NCBI RefSeq assembly: GCF_009914755.1
Contig: NC_060926.1
Source: the human T2T-CHM13v2.0 reference genome, Homo sapiens
Direction: 5' to 3' (one strand)
Length of the DNA stretch: 64,000 bases
The notes under the pieces are model-generated. The model made no database searches, was not told the origin of the DNA, and worked only from the letters and a program-made list of their open reading frames with translations. Of the stretch, positions 61,391-64,000 are shown one piece after another; the stretch's first letter is position 1; every line of letters starts with the position of its first letter. The translations under genes and the position numbers were made by a program.

Positions 61391-63194
61391 AACACTTATA
61401 TAAACTCCTACTGTATGCACATATATGAGCTATTACTTTCTACTTCTTTGATGTAGTTAAAACATTGTTTATAATGTCTTGCCTTTCTTATTTAATCCTA
61501 TGTAGTTCTTTTGATTTAAAATATTTCACTAAAATTTCCTTCACACCTACCATCTGCTATCGTAGTAAAACTGGATCCTTACTTATGCCTATAAGCACTG
61601 ATTGTGCTTATATACTAAGTGGGTATCATTCATTTTTCAACTGAAAGGAGCCCATTTCATGTAACAACAGTTGTGGTTGGATCTGGGACCTCAGATGATG
61701 GCAGCAGGGTATTGCCTCTCTCGGCTTCCATAATCTAATTTCTCCCACTTTGACTGCATTTTCAGACATAATTTTTCCCCATGTAGCCATTTGACATGGC
61801 CAGGTCTGTATTGATACCCTACATACTCACCAACCCAATGGAAATAAAATGCATGTTCATTTCTGAAACAGTTCTGCGGGCTCCTGACTGTGCATCCCAT
61901 TGTTCAAGCAGAGATCACATATTTGTCTGTGAGCCAATCATTATACGTGTGCAATAGGTCAAGCTCTGGAGATGCAGGCCAAGTGTGCAATGAGGATAAA
62001 TTTTACCCAAAGGAAAGTTTTACCCAGGCCTTTTTATTTTTTTGTACAAGAAAGTAGTGGATGCTGAGAAGACAAAACAAACAAACAACTCACCGTATGT
62101 TCACTATATGCTTATGCTTCTTTAATTGTTTTATTGGCACCTTCCATATGAAAATATATGCATTTACACAAATGTACTCAAGTGTCATAATTTCTGTAGC
62201 AAGTGTGGTTGGTGTTGTAGCAAATGAAGTGGATTTAATTCTCTAAATCTTGATTAAGAGAGTTTTCAGAAACATACCTCTCCAGGGCGAAGTGCAGCAT
62301 GTTTTTATCTTGTAGAAATAATGCATGGATTATCCAGTACTTTGAATATAAAATGTACAATATAAATGTATCCTTTAATTATGATCCTGAAAGTAATATC
62401 TGTTTTCCCTTTCTATTAGGAATAACATCAGGTAACAGAAATAAAATGTAATGAAAGAGAGCAAAATTGATCATACTGGGACCAAATGAGGAATAGGGGC
62501 AAAATAGCTAGGCAGATTTTTTCCTCTTGGACACAAAAGCAAATCCAAACATGAGTTCAACTTGCTAAAAATAAATCACATCCACTTTCTTCACAGGCTT
62601 CTTAATGTATTGCAAAAAATGACCTTTAAACTACTGTGTGAGATAGCAGCTGACTAGAAAATTACAGGTATTAGCAGGATAACCAGAGATTAGAGTATTT
62701 AGAGTATTGCAAAAAAAAAAAAAATACTAAGAGACAGATGTTAATAATTTGCTAACTCAAAAGACAGCTACAATAAAACCCTATATTGTAGTGTTTTTAA
62801 AGGATGATTGGGGGATTCATGATAATATACTGTACCTAGAAATCTAAATGCAAATAAATAAAATTACCTTTTTGAGAAATTTGCCATAAAAATTTGATTT
62901 TTAAAAATCACAGAAAATTACTGATTACATTTATCAAGTATTGGCCTTTGCCCCAAAGATTTTTAAGTGTAATGCTTTCCTTCATTATACATATCTAACA
63001 TGCATGTTTACATCTTTTGAAAGACATTCCTAAAATAAAGACAACATAATGATTATAGTCTGTTCACTGTTAATCCTTAGACAAAAGGGCAACATGAACT
63101 ACTGGGTAAAACCCTAAATTGAATATTAGGAATCATGACTTACAGACATCACTACTAATTTTCACTTGATCCTGCACCAATCATTCAATCATCA

Positions 63195-63613
63195 TTTTCT
63201 TCTTCTTCTTCTTCTTCTTCTTCTTCTTCTTCTTCTTCTTCTTCTTCTTCTTCTTCTTCTTCTTCTTCTTCTTCTTCTTCTTCTTCTTCTTCTTCTTCTT
63301 CTTCTTCTTCTTCTTCTTCTTCTTCTTCTTCTTCTTCTTCTTCTTCTTCTTCTTCTTCTTCTTCTTCTTCTTTTCTTCTTCTTCTTCTTCTTCTTCTTCT
63401 TCTTCTTCTTCTTCTTCTCCTTCTTCTTCTCCTTCTTCTTCTCCTTCTTCTTCTCCTTCTTCTTCCTCTTCTTCTTCCTCTTCTTCCTCTTCCTCTTCCT
63501 CTTCTCCTTCTTCTTCCTTCTTCCTTCTTCCTTCCTTCTCCTTCTCCTTCTTCTTCTTCTTCCTCCTTCTCCTTCTCCTTCTTCTTTCTTCTTCTCCTTC
63601 TTTCTTCTTCTCC
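63195..63613. repeat. GAA/TTC triplet repeat within a 419-nt purine-free tract
   Basis: (TTC)58 at 63197-63370, TT, (TTC)15 at 63373-63417, then a degenerate TTC/TCC/CTC mix with no A or G up to 63613. Confidence 0.98.
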
Positions 63614-63744
63614 AGCAGAGTTATCTCTGGGCAAAAGTGGAAGGAAATAGTGAGTTCTGGCACCAGCCAGACATGGGTCCCAAACACACTGTCCTGCTGA
63701 AGTCTGCAGGGGCTGTGTAAGGGGACCATGAGGCTCAGAGACCC

Positions 63745-63950
63745 CAGCACCAGCCTGCTTGAGCTTGAATTCTGCCTCTGGCACTTTTTTTGTGGTGTGG
63801 TCTTTCACTAATTACTTAACTTTCTATGCCAGGGTTTCTTCATACTCCAAATGGAGATAATTCTTGTTCCTGGAGTTATGAGAAGTAAAAGGCTTAATAT
63901 TTTAAAGGAATTGAAACATTGCCAGGGGAAGAATTTGCTGTAACTTGCTA
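63745..63950 (+). mobile_element. MIR
   Basis: 'ttgaattctgcctctggcact...ttacttaactttctatgccagggtttcttcatactccaaatggagataa'. Confidence 0.75.
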
Positions 63951-64000
63951 TTTAAAAACTCTTGGATAACTAAATCCTGTTTACCTCTTTAGTAAAAGAC

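Noticed and set aside
63195-63613. Identification as the FXN or FGF14 disease GAA locus
   Set aside because: The FXN repeat sits inside an Alu and this one does not; the flanks do not match FGF14 as recalled. The locus is left unnamed.
63166-63808. Long ORFs with poly-L/F, poly-K/E and poly-R/E
   Set aside because: They are translations of the stop-free GAA/TTC repeat, with no other coding evidence.

Overview
AT-rich mammalian non-coding DNA, almost certainly human because it carries an AluYa5 with all five diagnostic bases. It is intergenic or deep intronic. I cannot identify any host protein-coding exon, RNA gene or CpG-island promoter, and I cannot name the locus. The ORF track is explained by repeats, decayed transposon or retroviral genes, and chance. 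Much of the window is interspersed repeat: Alu, L2, MIR, L1M, hAT and Tigger DNA transposons, and MaLR, ERVL and ERV1 LTRs. Main landmarks: (1) a near full-length Tigger1 at 17189-19591; (2) a two-LTR HERV-L/MLT2A1 provirus on the minus strand at 53757-60750, with a tandem duplication of its dUTPase region and a locally scrambled 5' LTR; (3) a solo MLT2A2 with the same ATATC target-site duplication (TSD) as the provirus; (4) a pristine AluYa5; (5) a 419-nt purine-free tract with 58 uninterrupted TTC/GAA triplets; (6) repeat-poor, motif-dense blocks that look like enhancers. I found no convincing new biological system; the findings are unusual structural features. Repeat subfamily calls come from recalled consensus sequences, and boundaries of old elements are approximate.
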